DNA from: Eledone cirrhosa
Lineage: Eukaryota
Direction of reading: 5' to 3'
Length of the DNA stretch: 64,000 bases
NCBI GenBank assembly: GCA_964016885.1
Contig: OZ024740.1
Coordinates: forward strand, 101,494,001 to 101,558,000
Each line of letters begins with the position of its first letter. Positions within the stretch are counted from its first letter, which is position 1. The notes beneath the pieces were generated by a model. It searched no databases. It saw only the letters and a list, made by a program, of their open reading frames with translations, and was not told the DNA's origin. The position numbers were made by a program, and so were the translations under genes. This document shows positions 25,031 through 41,723 of this stretch, in pieces.

Positions 25031-26994
25031 AACATTTAGCCTACACTTGAAATCATTATCATCATCATCATCATCGTTTAACGTCCATTTTGCACGCTAG
25101 CATGGGTTAGAAATGTCGTCCCATTAGAGGTAAGTTGGGTAGGGTGAGGTGTCTTACTCATATAGAACTGTTTCTGGCTAAATTTTTACAGTTTGATGCC
25201 CTTCATCATACCAACCACATTTACAGTCTGTGCTGGGTGCTTTTTGTTATGACACCTACATGACCACTTTACAGTGTGGGCTGGGTATGTTTGTTCACAG
25301 TGTAAGTGTGGTGTGGTCAGGAGTGGGTTGGTGTATAGTAGTTAAGAGGTGCCTACTAGGTGTATGTTTGATATCAATTTATAGTTGATAGTATTTGAAT
25401 AATTCTGTCTCTCTTTAAGTTTGACAATAGACAAATTCATATACAAAATGAGAATCATCATCATTATTTTATGCCTGCTTTCTCCGCTGGGAAAGTTTCT
25501 CATGATCTGAAACCAGATGGGTTGCGGAAACACACCATGCTCATTACATTCCATATTTACCATGGTTTCTATAGTTAGATACCCTTCCTAATGCCAACCA
25601 CCTTACATGCTGAACTGGATGTGCTTTTCATGACACTGCCACGACCACTTTAACTGGGTGAATTTAATCAAGGGCAGAATGTTAGAATAGAATCACATTA
25701 GCTTTGACTTGAGCTTCTGAAGTATCAGGATCTCAGTAATTTCATTTATAAATATGCTAAATGTTCCCACCTGCTCATGTAAAATATTGTATATCTACTT
25801 GGTGATTTTCTCATTATTTCAATAAGTACAGAGATGTCTGTTTTGTTGAGTTCATATAAGACCAAAATATCCCTGAAGTTGTCTTCCATACTTGCCAAAA
25901 AGATTAAAATATTAGACATTAAGCTAATATTGTCTTTTCCACAACACGTGTATTTATAATTAAATTTATTATGCCCACTACATTAAATATGTTAGTGTTA
26001 TCTTAACTATTGTTCTTCACATCAATGATTTTTTGGGGTAACCAACATTAGTAATCTACTTTTTAAATATGCTAATTTTTCACGCCTAAACATCTACAGT
26101 ATTGTACATCTTAGTAGTTCTCTCAATTCTACTGGAACAACCTATTTCTACAATGATATTTGTCCTATACGTGGAAGTATTTGTATAGGTGTTTGAGACC
26201 ATAAGATTGGGAGAATTGGAAAATATATAAAATGTTAACTAAAATCCATATTTTGAACAGAATTAAATGTATAAGCTTTGTATTTTTTCTCACAAAATGT
26301 TATAAATGGTTGCAAAGTATATTCCTGTAAGAGTTATTTCTCTCAGAGTGATTTCTCAAAGGATAACATTCAGCCAATAGCCATCATTGTAACCACAATG
26401 AGTAATACCAGTATATTTCCTATTACCATATCAACTACACCAATACTTACATCCATCATTCATTCTTTTATGTATTAGTTATATTGACAAATATATTTGT
26501 TTTCCAATTCTTTTATTATTACCTGATATCTACGGAATTAAAGTCTAATAAACTGCTCCAGGCTTTCCTAACTCTACTATTTCTCTTTTACCTAACATCT
26601 ATAAATATCAATTTATAGCACTTCTCACTGTATGTCTCTTACACTATTATCATATTGCTTACCCTATAAATCTATATTCATATCAATATGACCTTTTTAG
26701 GAATTCGATTTCAAAGTTATTACATGCTTAGTAATAATCTCACTTTCTGGTTTCTATCACTTGAAGAGGTTAGGACCTAAATTTTGATTTATCTTATTTT
26801 TAATTTGAAACTTGATTTGAGAAATTGACCTTTTGCTGATAATTTTAAGTAATATATTTAAAAGAAAGCATTTTCAATGTAACCATTATTTATTTCTTTT
26901 TGGGGGTAAAAAAAGATAACCTTTTTCATGTAAAACTGCCTCACATTCTAGAATACAAAACCACCTGTTTTAAAAGGTATATGTTTAAATTAAA

Positions 26995-27250
26995 ATGTTC
27001 AATGATAATTTTATATAAGACTCAGGAAAGAATTGCTGGACAGATTTTATGGTCAAAATCATCTGACAGGAAACCCAGGGGTTGACCCTGAAAAAGATGG
27101 TTAGATAACATCCATGAGCTTGGCTGGTCCCACTTGTGGATGTAGCTGGATAAGTTAGAGATAGCTGCTTCTGACAGGATCTGCTGGAAGGAGTGTTTGA
27201 GGACTCTGCCCCAACAACTCTCTTAGGAATATATGAGCAAAGAAGAAAAT
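26995..27250 (+). mobile_element. old RTE LINE C-terminal fragment
   Basis: ERIAGQILWSKSSDRKPRG*P*KRWLDNI matches the 'RPRGRPRxRWxD' motif. Confidence 0.65.
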
Positions 27251-27609
27251 GAATGTCTTATTAAGTTAGAGTTCAATCAGAGGCCTAATATCAGAGATCC
27301 TCTGTCAGTTTGGACATTCACTTGTTTGATCAATGGGACATCCAACTCATGAATTAATGTGTAAGTGTTTGAGTATTCCAAAGACACATGTACTGTTAAT
27401 GTAATTTCCAAGCCAAATCTGCATATGAGTCAATGTTAGACATTAGAATTACTAGAACAATTCATCCAACAAGCTTTCATACAGTTTCCATTTACTCAAT
27501 TCCTCTCACAAGGCTTAGCTTATCCAAGTCTCTCAGACCTGTTAACCATCACATACATAGACCATCTGAAGCAGAATGCATTCACCACTTCCAGCTATTG
27601 CTCATTCTT

Positions 27610-28230
27610 CTTCAGGTATGTAGACAATATCCTGATGCATACTTCATTGCATGGTGTGACTGTCAAAATATATATAATTTCAGCAATGTTGACAACCACC
27701 TAAACTTTGAAATTGAGAAATCTGATAACACCAGATCCTACTCACTGCCCAACTTCACTCTAAGAATCATGGGGAAAGGATCCAAATATACACTAAAGTA
27801 TATAAAAAGGGTGCCTGCAGAGACTTATTTGTGCACCACAATCCTGCTCTACTCTGCAGAGTCAAATTGGCCTACATGCAGAACAACATCTCCCAAATAT
27901 ACAACAGATGCAGCAAAACTAGTGACAAAAACAACATGAAAGAGTTCCAAAGAAATCTCATTGAAAACAGCTACATAGCTTCTCTCACCAAGCACCATAA
28001 TGCCAACACACCACCAAAGAGAGTATGTACCCCTAGGGATAGAATATACTATCTAAAACTGATGTATTTCAGTGAGAAAGCTACTACTACTATCCATCAA
28101 TATATCTGTAGGGAAGGTTTGAACAGAAAACTGGCACACTCAGAACCTCCTTTGAGGAGTCTACTCTCCAAAACCTGACCAACTTACCACAACAATATAT
28201 GTACACACCCTAACCGTCCCATCAACAATG
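27610..28230 (+). pseudogene. Penelope-like element RT/thumb remnant, frameshifted
   Basis: HLNFEIEKSDNTRSYSLPNFTLRI, IYNRCSK...NLIENSY and YLKLMYFSE...LAHSEPPLRSLL follow PLE RT-thumb-linker order. Confidence 0.65.
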
Positions 28231-28239
28231 TGGAAATGG

Positions 28240-29340
28240 AAGCTGAGGGTGCTACCAGCCGATAATAAATTTAGAGGTGTCTTCACACTTTTGACAGTAA
28301 GGAAAAGATAGAAACTTACAACATAGAGGAATAGTGGGAGTTCCTGGGAGATAATCTACTGAAGACCATAAGGTATAGACAAGACCTGTGGCTGGAGCAA
28401 GGCTCCTATGAGAATGAGAGTGACTTGGTGGGGAAATAGTGGGGTGGATGAGGTACTTAAGGCTAAGAAATAAGTATAGAAAGACTGGCAGAATAGGGAA
28501 GCAAAGAATGATGCCAAAAAGCTATATGAGAAGCTAGGCAACAAGTACATTCTGCAATTAGAGAAGCAGAAAGTAAGAAATCTATGCATGTTTCACATGG
28601 TGAAATGTGCTGCGTTCTTAGGAAACTTGGGGTAGATGAATGGCTTGTGAGATCAGCATAAGCTATTTACAGATGTGCAGTCAATAAATTTAGAGAACAA
28701 AGTATGAAGTGAAGAATTTAGTGTGCAGGTGGGTGTCCACCAGGACTCTATTCACAGCCTCTCCTCTTAATTTTCATTCACCAGGCCATAATAGAAGAGT
28801 GTTAAACTGGCTACTCATGGGAACTCCTATATGCTGCTGCTTTAGTTATCATAGCTGAATCTGCACCAGTATTAGAGAAGAAATTTCAAATCTGAAAGCA
28901 AAGTTTGGAATCGAAAGGCCCTTAAAGTCAACTTGGCAGAGACTAAAGCTCTAGGAAGTAAAAAGGAAAACAGGGTCCTGATTTTGTCAGGAAAATGACC
29001 TTACTCAGTATGCATAAAAGTAGGTAGAAATTCCATTCTGTGTTCCAAATCAACAAGTGAAATAGTGGATTCTCAGGCAGGCTAGCAAAGAATGTAGGTT
29101 TTGTATGTCGTCTGTATACAGTTATGCATATGAAGGATGACAGCTGCATAAAGACATACAGAGCACTCAAAGTTAATGGAAATCTGAAAAAAAAATCTAA
29201 GAAAGTTTGTGATGATATGGCAAAAATGGACCTTATGCAATTAAACCTCATAAAGGAAATGATACAGGATCGAGTTTATTGGTGACGTGCCATACTGTAA
29301 AAGACCTACTTCTCACATGTACAGGGTGAAACAAATATGA
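28240..29340 (+). mobile_element. heavily decayed RTE LINE
   Basis: LRKLGVDEWLV, EEFSVQVGVHQ and WELLYA are collinear with 38340-38700. Confidence 0.85.
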
Positions 29341-29751
29341 AAAGGGCAGTAGTTGATACTAGCCTCTTTAATACACATTGCCCCACTTTAATACTCCCTC
29401 ATTCCCACCTCCTTCACTAAGTACTCCACTTTAGCCCTACCCTACTCACTTCCTCCATCCCCGCCTTGACCAATGGCTCTTTCCAAGATGGAAAACAGCC
29501 TCTCCTCCATCCCAACCCACATCAATACACAAAGACAGACACAAACTCCCTTCCAAATATAACTCATAAAGTTTGGCATGCCCCATATCATACCATAAAA
29601 ATGCTCCGATGGGGTTTGGAAGGGCATCAAGCTGTGTTGGCCATGCCAACACATAACATGAATCAAATGCGGTCACCATGTCACGCCTAGTGTCAGAGTT
29701 TGATAGCCTATCTATCCCAGGCAGGCATATAAAATAGACATTTAACAATGA

Positions 29752-29885
29752 TAATTGTTTCTACTTTAGGCACAAGGCCAGCAATCACCCAGTGCATTAC
29801 TGGTACTTTATTTTATCGACCCCGTAAGGATGAAATGCAAAGTCAACCTCGGCGGGATTTGAACTCAGATCGTAAAGGGACGTAA
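29752..29885 (-). mobile_element. SINE family 1, 5'-truncated
   Basis: Near-identical to 56958-57090. Confidence 0.88.
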
Positions 29886-30109
29886 CTCTCTTTGCCACAT
29901 CCTCAATATACTGAAAAGGGCAATTCACTCTTTTCAAGGCCACCCACAATATATGTTGATTGCTCTTCCACAACAAAGTGATGCCCCTCACTCTGTTTTT
30001 TAGCAAGCAACATGTACCCTGATGCTTTTTGTCTCATCTATTTCTCATCATTACTTCTATCTTGCAGCTGAGCCAAGAATACAATGACCATCCAAATGTC
30101 ATAATGAGC

Positions 30110-30425
30110 TAGCATTGGGAACATAATAAAACACACCTAAAAGTAGTTGCACTGGTGCCATGTCAAAATACACCCAGTCTACTCTGTAAAATGGCCATGC
30201 TAGTGCCATGCAAAAACACCAGTTGCACCCTGTAAGGTGGTCATTCTAGTGCAATGATGAAAAGCACCCAGTCAACCCTATAAGGTGATAGTGCTGATGC
30301 CGCAGCAAAATCATTCCATTCCCCTAAACGATGGTAGTGCTGGTGCCGTAAAAATCTCCCAGGCCACACTATAAAGTTGTTGGCATTAGGAAGGGCATCC
30401 AGCCATAGAAATCCAAGTCAAAACG
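30110..30425 (+). repeat. expanded ~45-bp RTE 3'UTR subrepeat array
   Basis: About six units of GGTGCCA..AAAA.CACCCAGT...CTGTAAAGTGG precede TTGGCATTAGGAAGGGCATCCAGC. Confidence 0.75.
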
Positions 30426-30779
30426 GAGTGCATTAACATTATGTTCAGATCTCTTTTTCGTGAGCTTTACAAAACTAATTATTCAACAACTTCAATTTAG
30501 CATTATCACCATCATCATTATCAGCACCACTATCATATTCTTACAAGCAGTACCATAAACATCACCAGGACCATCACTATTTCCACTTTCATTATCACTA
30601 TCATAATCTGTCAACTTTGTTACCATCTTTATATCACCTTCACTATATGGTCATGCAATTTGCTAGAAATAGCAAGCAAATATTTCTCAAATCGCATTAA
30701 AAAAGACACATTGACTAATGTCTTAATTTTAGTGCCTCTTGTTCCTTTTAGAGCATTATGTGATGAGATCTCCATCCAG

Positions 30780-31140
30780 CACAATCACAAGCCCTGTCAT
30801 GAGCCTGCTTCTGGAACAGGCCCATTTTTGCCAGGTTTTCCTCCACACTCATTTAACATATCTTGATAAGTATGCTTTGCCTCTTACACCTCTACCCCCT
30901 GATTTCTACTAAAGAGAGGCTTTCATTGGACTGTTCTGTTTCATGGGCATATGTATCACATAATCGATCGTTTTCTATCGTCTTCTAGTGATGGTATTCA
31001 ATAGATTACTCAGTCTGGCACTTTCTATGACTTCTTCACTTGTGATATAGTTGTGCTAAGAAATTGTCAGTATGGTACAAAGGCAATGTCTGTGGAAGAC
31101 ATCTAGAGTTGTCTAGATTTTGATTAATGTTGTCCTAGAA
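30780..31140 (-). mobile_element. old RTE LINE C-terminal remnant
   Basis: LDVFHRHCLCTILTIS*HNYITSEEV matches 'LDxFHxRCLRxILxIxWxDxITNEEV'. Confidence 0.65.
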
Positions 31141-31719
31141 AGACAGTCTGAAAAAAATGAAATATTATGGTCTCAACTGGAACAAATTTGATCATAGGTT
31201 TGCTTGCTTTATCATATCAGGGTTGACTTGGAGTGAATTTGAACAACACAGTCATTACTATTACGGTAGCAATGATCACCATCATTAACTTCACTGCTAC
31301 CAATTCCACCATTATCATCCCCTTAATAGCCAAAATCATTGGCTTCATACTTACACCACCATTGCCATCATTACTTTTGTTATTACATGCTAAAAATAGC
31401 AGGTATATTTCTCCTAGATTACACCCTACTATCTTAAAAATAACGTAAATGAAGGACTGAGAAAGAAACATACCCAGAGACACCTGCTGCATGAAACCCT
31501 AAATATAAAGTGGGCACTAGCACACTTTATGTAATAAACTAAGAAATTTTAATTAAATTGGTTATAAAGAAAAAAGATGTGGTAGTCACAGTTGGAAAGC
31601 CTTTGATCATAATTCTTCTTGCGCGAGACAGATCTGAGAATAAACAACAACAAAAAGACAATGATCAAAACCACTTACACCACCACCACCACCACCACTA
31701 TATCATTATTATTGTCATT

Positions 31720-32110
31720 GAGGGTGGTGAATTGGCAGAATTGGTAGAGCATCAGACAATATGCTTTGCAGAATAGTTACATCCCTTTGAGTTCTGAGTT
31801 CAAATCCTTCCAAGGTTAGCTTTGCCTTTCATTGTTACCGGGTTTATAAAATAAGGTACCACTAATGCACTGGGGTTGATTTAATCATCTTTCTCCCACC
31901 CCCAAATTGTTGATCTTCTGCCTAAATTGGAGATTGGCAGTATCGGTAGAGGGTCGGACTCCATGCTTTGAAGTATAGAGTTACCTCCCTGTATGATCTG
32001 AGTTCAAATCCCGCCGAGGTTAACTTTGCCTTTCATCCTTACGGGGTCGATAAAATAAAGTACCAGTAATGCACTGGGTAATGGCTGGCGTTGTGCCAAA
32101 AAGTAGAAAC
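31720..32110 (+). mobile_element. two adjacent family 1 SINEs
   Basis: Two GAGTTCAAATCC...AACTTTGCCTTTCAT cores at about 31795 and 32000. Confidence 0.8.
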
Positions 32111-33007
32111 AATTATTATTGTCATTGTTGGATGTTTTGATATATATTCTTTTGAATATGAAACAATGATCCTCCATGAACACCACCACCAACACAATCA
32201 TCTTGCCTATCATATTTTTAAATTAAAAGGTTATTTCAGTTATATGAAATGAATTTCATTAATTAAATTCAATTAATGAAATGAATAAAATCATTAAACT
32301 TATTAAACCGATGAAAATAAATCAACAAAATAGTGATATTTTCATATTAATATTTAACACCATATTTTAAAGTTTAATATTTTTTGTGTTTGTTATTATC
32401 CTTTACTATTATTGGTGTTGTTGTGACTATCACTATTATTAAAAAATTATTATTATTATTATACTAATATTTCCATTAAATTTAGTCAGTACAGCTACTA
32501 TGATTGATACTGTTGTATGACTATGAATTATTATTATTGATGTGTGGCAAAGCTGAGTATCATGGACAAAAGATCTCGAGTGAAGAAAATGAAAATATTT
32601 TGTCCAATTCATTTGATTTATTTTGCATGCTCCACTATAGCACAAGCAAACCCCAACTCTCATCCTAATGTTACCTCAAACCCTAATGAACCCTACCTCA
32701 GACTCAGATTCTAACAAACCTAACTTTGACTCTGGCCTTAACCAAGCCTAACCATAATATGTATATATGCAATGAGCCTGTGAAAAAGGGAGACCAAGGA
32801 AAAGTTGGGACAGAGTGAGGAAGACTGTCCTCCAGAGTGTGAATCTCACAAGGAGGTGACAAAAACCATGATGAATGGTAACATGCTGTACTTTAAAAGA
32901 CCTACCCACTGGTGCAAGCATGACAAAACAATCATATATATAAATACACACACATGTATATATATGTATATAATTGTATCAATATATATATATATATATA
33001 CATATAT

Positions 33008-33168
33008 GGTGTTAGGAAGAGCATCCAGCCGTAGAAAACCTGCCAGATAGTCCTATATGAGCGAGACACGGTCACCCAGCCAACCTTGCCTCAAGTGGGG
33101 CAACTTCCGTCTAACCCATGCTAGCATGGAAGATGGACGTTAAACAAAGATGCTGATGATGATGATGA
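33008..33168 (+). mobile_element. RTE 3' tail in a TA tract
   Basis: Near-identical to 55357-55517. Confidence 0.85.
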
Positions 33169-33293
33169 TATATATAAAATGTGGGTAATATTAAATATTA
33201 CAAGTATGAGAATAGCTCAATGTAAAATAACAAATATATTACAGAGCTGAAATACTTTATAAACAACAATGAAAGAGTGTTTTAGAACATTTA

Positions 33294-33343
33294 ATCACTT
33301 ACGATCTTTTCATCCAAGCACAAGGCTGGAATCATCGGAGTAT
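33294..33343 (-). ncRNA. degenerate minimal type I hammerhead in a short PLE-like stub
   Basis: Minus strand ACT-CCGATGA-tTCCA...TGGAt-GAAA-AGATCG-TA-AGT, two substitutions from CTGATGA and the palindromic CGATCG. Confidence 0.6.
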
Positions 33344-33396
33344 GGTTTTATAAAGATAGTTTCCATTTATTAATATTATTGATATATATATATATA

Positions 33397-33690
33397 TATC
33401 ATTATCATCATTTTCTGTCTGCTTTTCCCTGCTTGCAAGGGTTGGACGGGTCCTATTCAGCACAGCATCCCTCCACTTGTCACAGTCCTTTGTCATCTCC
33501 TCTGTGAGTTTCAGAGATCTGAGGTCTACTCTCACCACCTCTGCCCCTGTTTTTCGTGGTCTACCTCTATTGCGTCTTCCTTCTACTGGGATTTCTTGGC
33601 ACTTCTTTACCCAGCGGTCATCCTCCATGCGCATCACATGTCCATCCCATTTCAGCCTTCTCTCCTGCACACCACAACTTATCCCTCTTA
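33397..33690 (-). mobile_element. RTE LINE 3' end (short-UTR subfamily)
   Basis: QERRLKWDGHVMRM...GRPRKTGAEVVRVDL followed by an (ATG)n tail. Confidence 0.88.
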
Positions 33691-36600
33691 TATAATGATA
33701 ATGGTTGGGATATATAATATATCATCGGGTCTCTCATCCAGTAAACTTATGTTAATTCTCCATCAACTATCCTCTTCGTTTCCTTCTCATCTCTCAATCT
33801 CTATCCAATTCACTGTTTCACACTACTTACGTAATGAGGAAGGGCATTTGATATATTTGTATTCAATCATTATCAGTCTATCTCACTATTTCTGCCACAA
33901 CCACCACCCTACTATCACTCTATCTATCTGATGCTTGTGTAACAAGGGATGGCATTGGATCCCCATATTCAGTACTGCCACATTTTGTTGCTAACCATCA
34001 TTCTCTCTTCCCTATGAAAATCTTAGCTGATGTCAACCACTTTCACTTACTATAACCCATCATGTTGCTCATACTGTTTTTTATAAAAACTTTTAACTTC
34101 TGTTTTTGTTTCTCGCTCTCTCTTTTCCTACCATATTATCACTCTATTTCACCTTTCAGATTCACACTAATATTCTACCCTCTTTCAATCTCTTCTCTAT
34201 TACTCCAATTCTACTCTCTATCTTGGTCACATTATCTTTGGAAGAATGAAGCTATATAGTGTAGCCTTACATATAACTTCACTGAGAATGGTGTCATGGT
34301 AAAATATACCATCTGAACTCTGTAAATTGGTTGATGTTTAAAAGAGCATCTCAGCATATAAGCCATGTAAAAGAATGGAACATACAAACAAGGTGAGATG
34401 CTTGTCTGATTCAGGAACACAGAAACTCTGAATAAGACATAACTCAGTCTGCAATGACTCTCCAAATTATGGCAGCATAGCAAAGAATGCAGATTTAAAC
34501 TGATGATGGTGATGATTAAGATATGTGTGACCATGGTTCTGCACATGGAAAGATCCTCACCAAAGAACAGGCATGGGCAACTTCATTTTTATGTAGTTGT
34601 TAGTCCCCCTTATCTATAACGCCAATGTTGTCCTAGGGAAAATCAATGGCTGATAGTTTTACTTTAGTGTCAACATAGATGTTACCATTAGAATGCAAAG
34701 ATATGGAACATATACTGCAAGGTATCCCATCTGATAATGTAACATTTCTATTAATCTGCATCCCAGAATTGGTACTTCATTTATTAGTATCAAAGATTTG
34801 AAATGTAAATTTTACCTTGATCAGATTTGAATTTAAAATGAAGAAACCCAGAAGTAACTTCATAAGACATTCTGTTCTGGAATGAACTGTTGTTCAGGGA
34901 TAAATAGAAAACCTCATTAAATCAATGTGTAAGTGGCTGTGCATCCCACAGATATTTGTACATTTAATGTAATTCTCTAGGAGATTCAATGATACACTGG
35001 GTATCACAAGGTGGGCCCTTTGGATTACAAGTACAGTCCATCTGATGAGCTTTTAAACAGTTTCCATCAATCCAATTTCACTCACAGCATAAGTTAACAC
35101 AAGGTTGTGACAAATGACATTTACCCAAGGTGCCAGACAGTGGAATCGAAATCATGACATAAGGATTATGAAGTGAACTTCTTGACAATTTGGCCATCCT
35201 GCATCTCCACATTCTATTCATTATCTGTAACCACTGCCAATTTGCTGCATATTCCTCCTCACACATATATATATGTTACTGTTATTGAGTGAAACTAAAG
35301 TATTGTGTAGAATGTCTAGCGTTAGGGTGGGGTGTTAAATATATAATAGACATTTTATTATAGAATTGAAATCTGTGAAAGCTAAACATATATGATAAAC
35401 AAAGATAATAGCATTTTATTATTGCACTTACTGAAACCTAAACTAAATATAGATATTTTGGTATTACTTCATCTTAGTCTTCTTTAAATTACAGCAGTCT
35501 AAAATTGAGTTACATTTTTTAATTTTTTATGTAGTTATGGCTAAGTAGTGAAGATGTTTGTTTTGTAATTATAAGGCTCCCAGTTCGATCCCACTGGGTG
35601 GTATCTTTATCATAGCTTTGTGATGACCCAAACCTTGGGATTAGCTAGGCCTCGCACTGACCCTAGCCTTGTAATGACCTGAGCTTTGGGATGACTATTT
35701 GGTAGATGGAAAGTCTATTGACCAGCCCTGTTTTATATTGTGTCATGCTGATTTGTTTTGAGAATTATACTAAGAGTACACATGTCTGTGGAATCCTTAA
35801 TTTCTTACATGTTAATTCATTAGTTGGATCCTCAGTTGGTTAAACAATTGAATGCTAATTGTCAAAACTAATGGACGATACTTTATCGTTGTATTTTTCT
35901 TCACACAAAATCATTTCTCATTTTGACACTTTATTTCATATATGCACTTAACAAATTTTTGCCAACATCCTCTAGATTGTTGTGCTGCAGCTGACCTAAG
36001 TGAGATTCCTTCATCCATCAAAAATGTCTTATAATAATAACAAAGGCTTCTTATACACAGAAAACTGCGATCTGACATATAACTGTTTCTATATACTGTG
36101 TGAAATACCCAAATGATAAAAATCATCATGGACATCCATAACTATGGCTAAAATATTGCCAGCATCTACACATTCTTTGTCACACTTAGAAATGGAAATC
36201 AAAACTATAGTTCACCACTTAACTGTCAGGAAATTATTGTCAGATATTTTCTTCATTTTGATTGCTTGTAGTTCACAATTACATTTGGCACATTGCCAAT
36301 AACTTAAAACATTTCAGTCATTTCATGCATTATCTAGAACAAAATTGGGAATTTACAGAATACCTAGGAAATGTATACAGATGGTATTATTTTAGACTTT
36401 GTCACTAAATTACAGGAATTCTATAGAATACCTTGGTTTTTCCATACAATATCATAATACCACACAGTGTGACCCATGCAAGCATGGAAAATAAATGATA
36501 ATGATGACCATATATATATATAATTGCTAGTTGTTGTGTTGTGTATCTGCAGAAGTTGCATAATGACTTCTTGTTTATAAACAGGTTAAAGCAGAAAAAG

Positions 36601-36754
36601 CAATCCACATCAGTTGTATCAATCCAGCTAAAAGTTGGCGATCAAACGTAACAGAGATATTATGTGTGAAATAAACATTAAGGCAGAAGTTACATAATCA
36701 TATTTATTATCATATGAATTTCTGTGACACCAGCATTTATAATTATGTGGGTGA

Positions 36755-39823
<3,069 letters not shown>

Positions 39824-39850
39824 TATATATATATATATATATATATGTAT

Positions 39851-40072
39851 CAGTGAGGAATACCTGTAGGTGCCGTAGCCTTAATGCGTGCCTACGCATC
39901 ATCAACCACAGCATCCCAGCCCTCCTTTCGAAGGTTGTTGGCAGCAGATGGATCTTCTCACCATAGGAGGGCGCTTCTTCCAAAGAAATTGAAAGAGCAT
40001 GCGTTCCATGGTGGTGAGTGTTTCCTTAGGGCAAGGCATGACAGTCAGGCGGTAGTAGGTGACGGACGCTAA
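39851..40072 (-). mobile_element. duplicate of the 5' end of the adjacent Tx1-like LINE
   Basis: Matches 41131-41353 with about 6 differences. Confidence 0.92.
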
Positions 40073-40094
40073 ATACATACATATATAGATAGAT

Positions 40095-41353
40095 TTCTTT
40101 ATTTACCATAAAGGCATAAAAAGAAGGGACAAATACAAAGGGGGAGTTTACATATAATCGAGTAAAAAGGGTGTAACATGAAAATAATCGAAAATAACCT
40201 CAAAAGGGAGGGGACGTGATGGGGGTTGCACACACCCCCGAAAAAGTGTGCAATCCTTTGCCCGGGGAGCACATGGAGAAGGTGCTCCCCTCTCCTTTAC
40301 TTCTTTACCTACAGGATGGTATACAGAGAAGGCCCATTTACACGAGCCATTCTCGCCACTATCACCCACCTTTCATAAAACTGCCTGTGGCCAAGCACCT
40401 CTCTCTCCATTCTTATCCTTCTTCCGAAGTGATATCGGAAGAAGTAGACCAGACTATGGCCAGAGAGGAAGTTGCCTGACCTCAGACCTTTCAATCGTGT
40501 CCACCAAACAACCTCTTTCAACATGGCTATTACGCACAGAAAAACCGCCTTTGCTTCCTTTGTGAAGAGGGGAGGCGGTTTGATTGTCATCACGGACTCG
40601 GCAGTCAATTTAATCGGCGCCACCCGCGACAGCAGTTGTTCGGCGTAGCCCCACAGATCAGCCACGCCCGGACATTGCACCAATGCGTGCGCTACGGTTT
40701 CTTCGTGACGCACGCATCTAGGGCAAATCTTTTTTGAGGGATCCCTGCCCGGGCGCCCGTGTCTGTAGAGCCTCTCTCGAACGGGTAGAGCCCCTCGGTA
40801 GCACTGCCAGGCCAGTGACTTCTGGAAGTTGTCCATTGGTCCTGGGCCGAAAGTCCTACCGAACAGGCTGGCCAGTTCGTCTTTCCTCCATGTCCAGCGA
40901 CTCTCCAAGGGTGTCATCGCCCCTGCTAGCCACCAGCCCTCTATAGAATGATGAGGTGGATTCTCCACCGATGGCCCGGCCCGCTTGCCAGAGAGCCCTG
41001 AGCGCCTGAGCACACTCAGTGTGCCAGTCTCCCAGTTTTCCGGATCTTTGCTTGACCCAGGACTGTAGCTCGGTGAGTGAGACGAGTCTCGGAAAGGCTC
41101 GTTTCACGAACGGAGCCCACACCGGTTGACCAGTGAGGAATACCTGTAGGTGCCGTAGCCTTAATGCGTGCCTACGCATCATCAACCACGGCATCCCCAG
41201 CCCTCCTTTCGAAGGTTGTTGGCAGCAGATGGATCTTCTCACCATAGGAGGACGCTTCTTCCAAAGAAATTGGAAGAGCATGCGTTCCATGGTGGTGAGT
41301 GTTTCCTTAGGGCAAGGCACGACAGTCAGGCGGTAGTAAGTGACGGACGCTAA
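40095..41353 (-). mobile_element. Tx1/L1-clade LINE, 5'-truncated, frameshifted
   Basis: FQFLWK...KGGLGMP, zf-RVT region WQCYRGALPV...CPRC...ETVAHALVQC, AATAAA at 40098-40103, and CATACATATATAGATAGAT on both sides. Confidence 0.9.
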
Positions 41354-41535
41354 TTCATACATATATAGATAGATAGATAAATATACACGGGTGTGTATGA
41401 TTGTGTATAGAAGATTATATTAATAAGAGGAATTCCAACTTTCTCTGATTTACTCGTTTTATTTACAATCCTTTAAAATTTATAATGGTATTATAATGAA
41501 ATAGTATGATAGAATATTAAATTCTAAGTGTTAAT

Positions 41536-41574
41536 TGAACAAGTACTTTCATGCTTTCGCCATCTTCAGGTTCA
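41536..41574 (-). ncRNA. minimal type I hammerhead ribozyme
   Basis: Minus strand TGAAC-CTGAAGA-tgGCgaaaGCat-GAAA-GTAC-TT-GTTCA. Confidence 0.78.
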
Positions 41575-41647
41575 TAATGTGTGGTGACAGTCATGTTTAC
41601 AATTTTCAACAATTGAAAATTGCAAACATGACAGTCACCACACATTA

Positions 41648-41686
41648 TGAACCTGAAGATTGCGAAAGCATGAAAGTACTTGTTCA
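41648..41686 (+). ncRNA. minimal type I hammerhead ribozyme
   Basis: TGAAC-CTGAAGA-tTGCgaaaGCAt-GAAA-GTAC-TT-GTTCA: 5-bp stem I, GNRA-capped stem II and palindromic stem III AGTACT. Confidence 0.82.
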
Positions 41687-41723
41687 ATTAACACTTAGAA
41701 TTTAATATTCTATCATACTATTT

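Noticed and set aside
25760-26300. Possible very old PLE GIY-YIG remnant (YKYTCCGKDNI on the minus strand)
   Set aside because: Similarity is too weak to support by eye.
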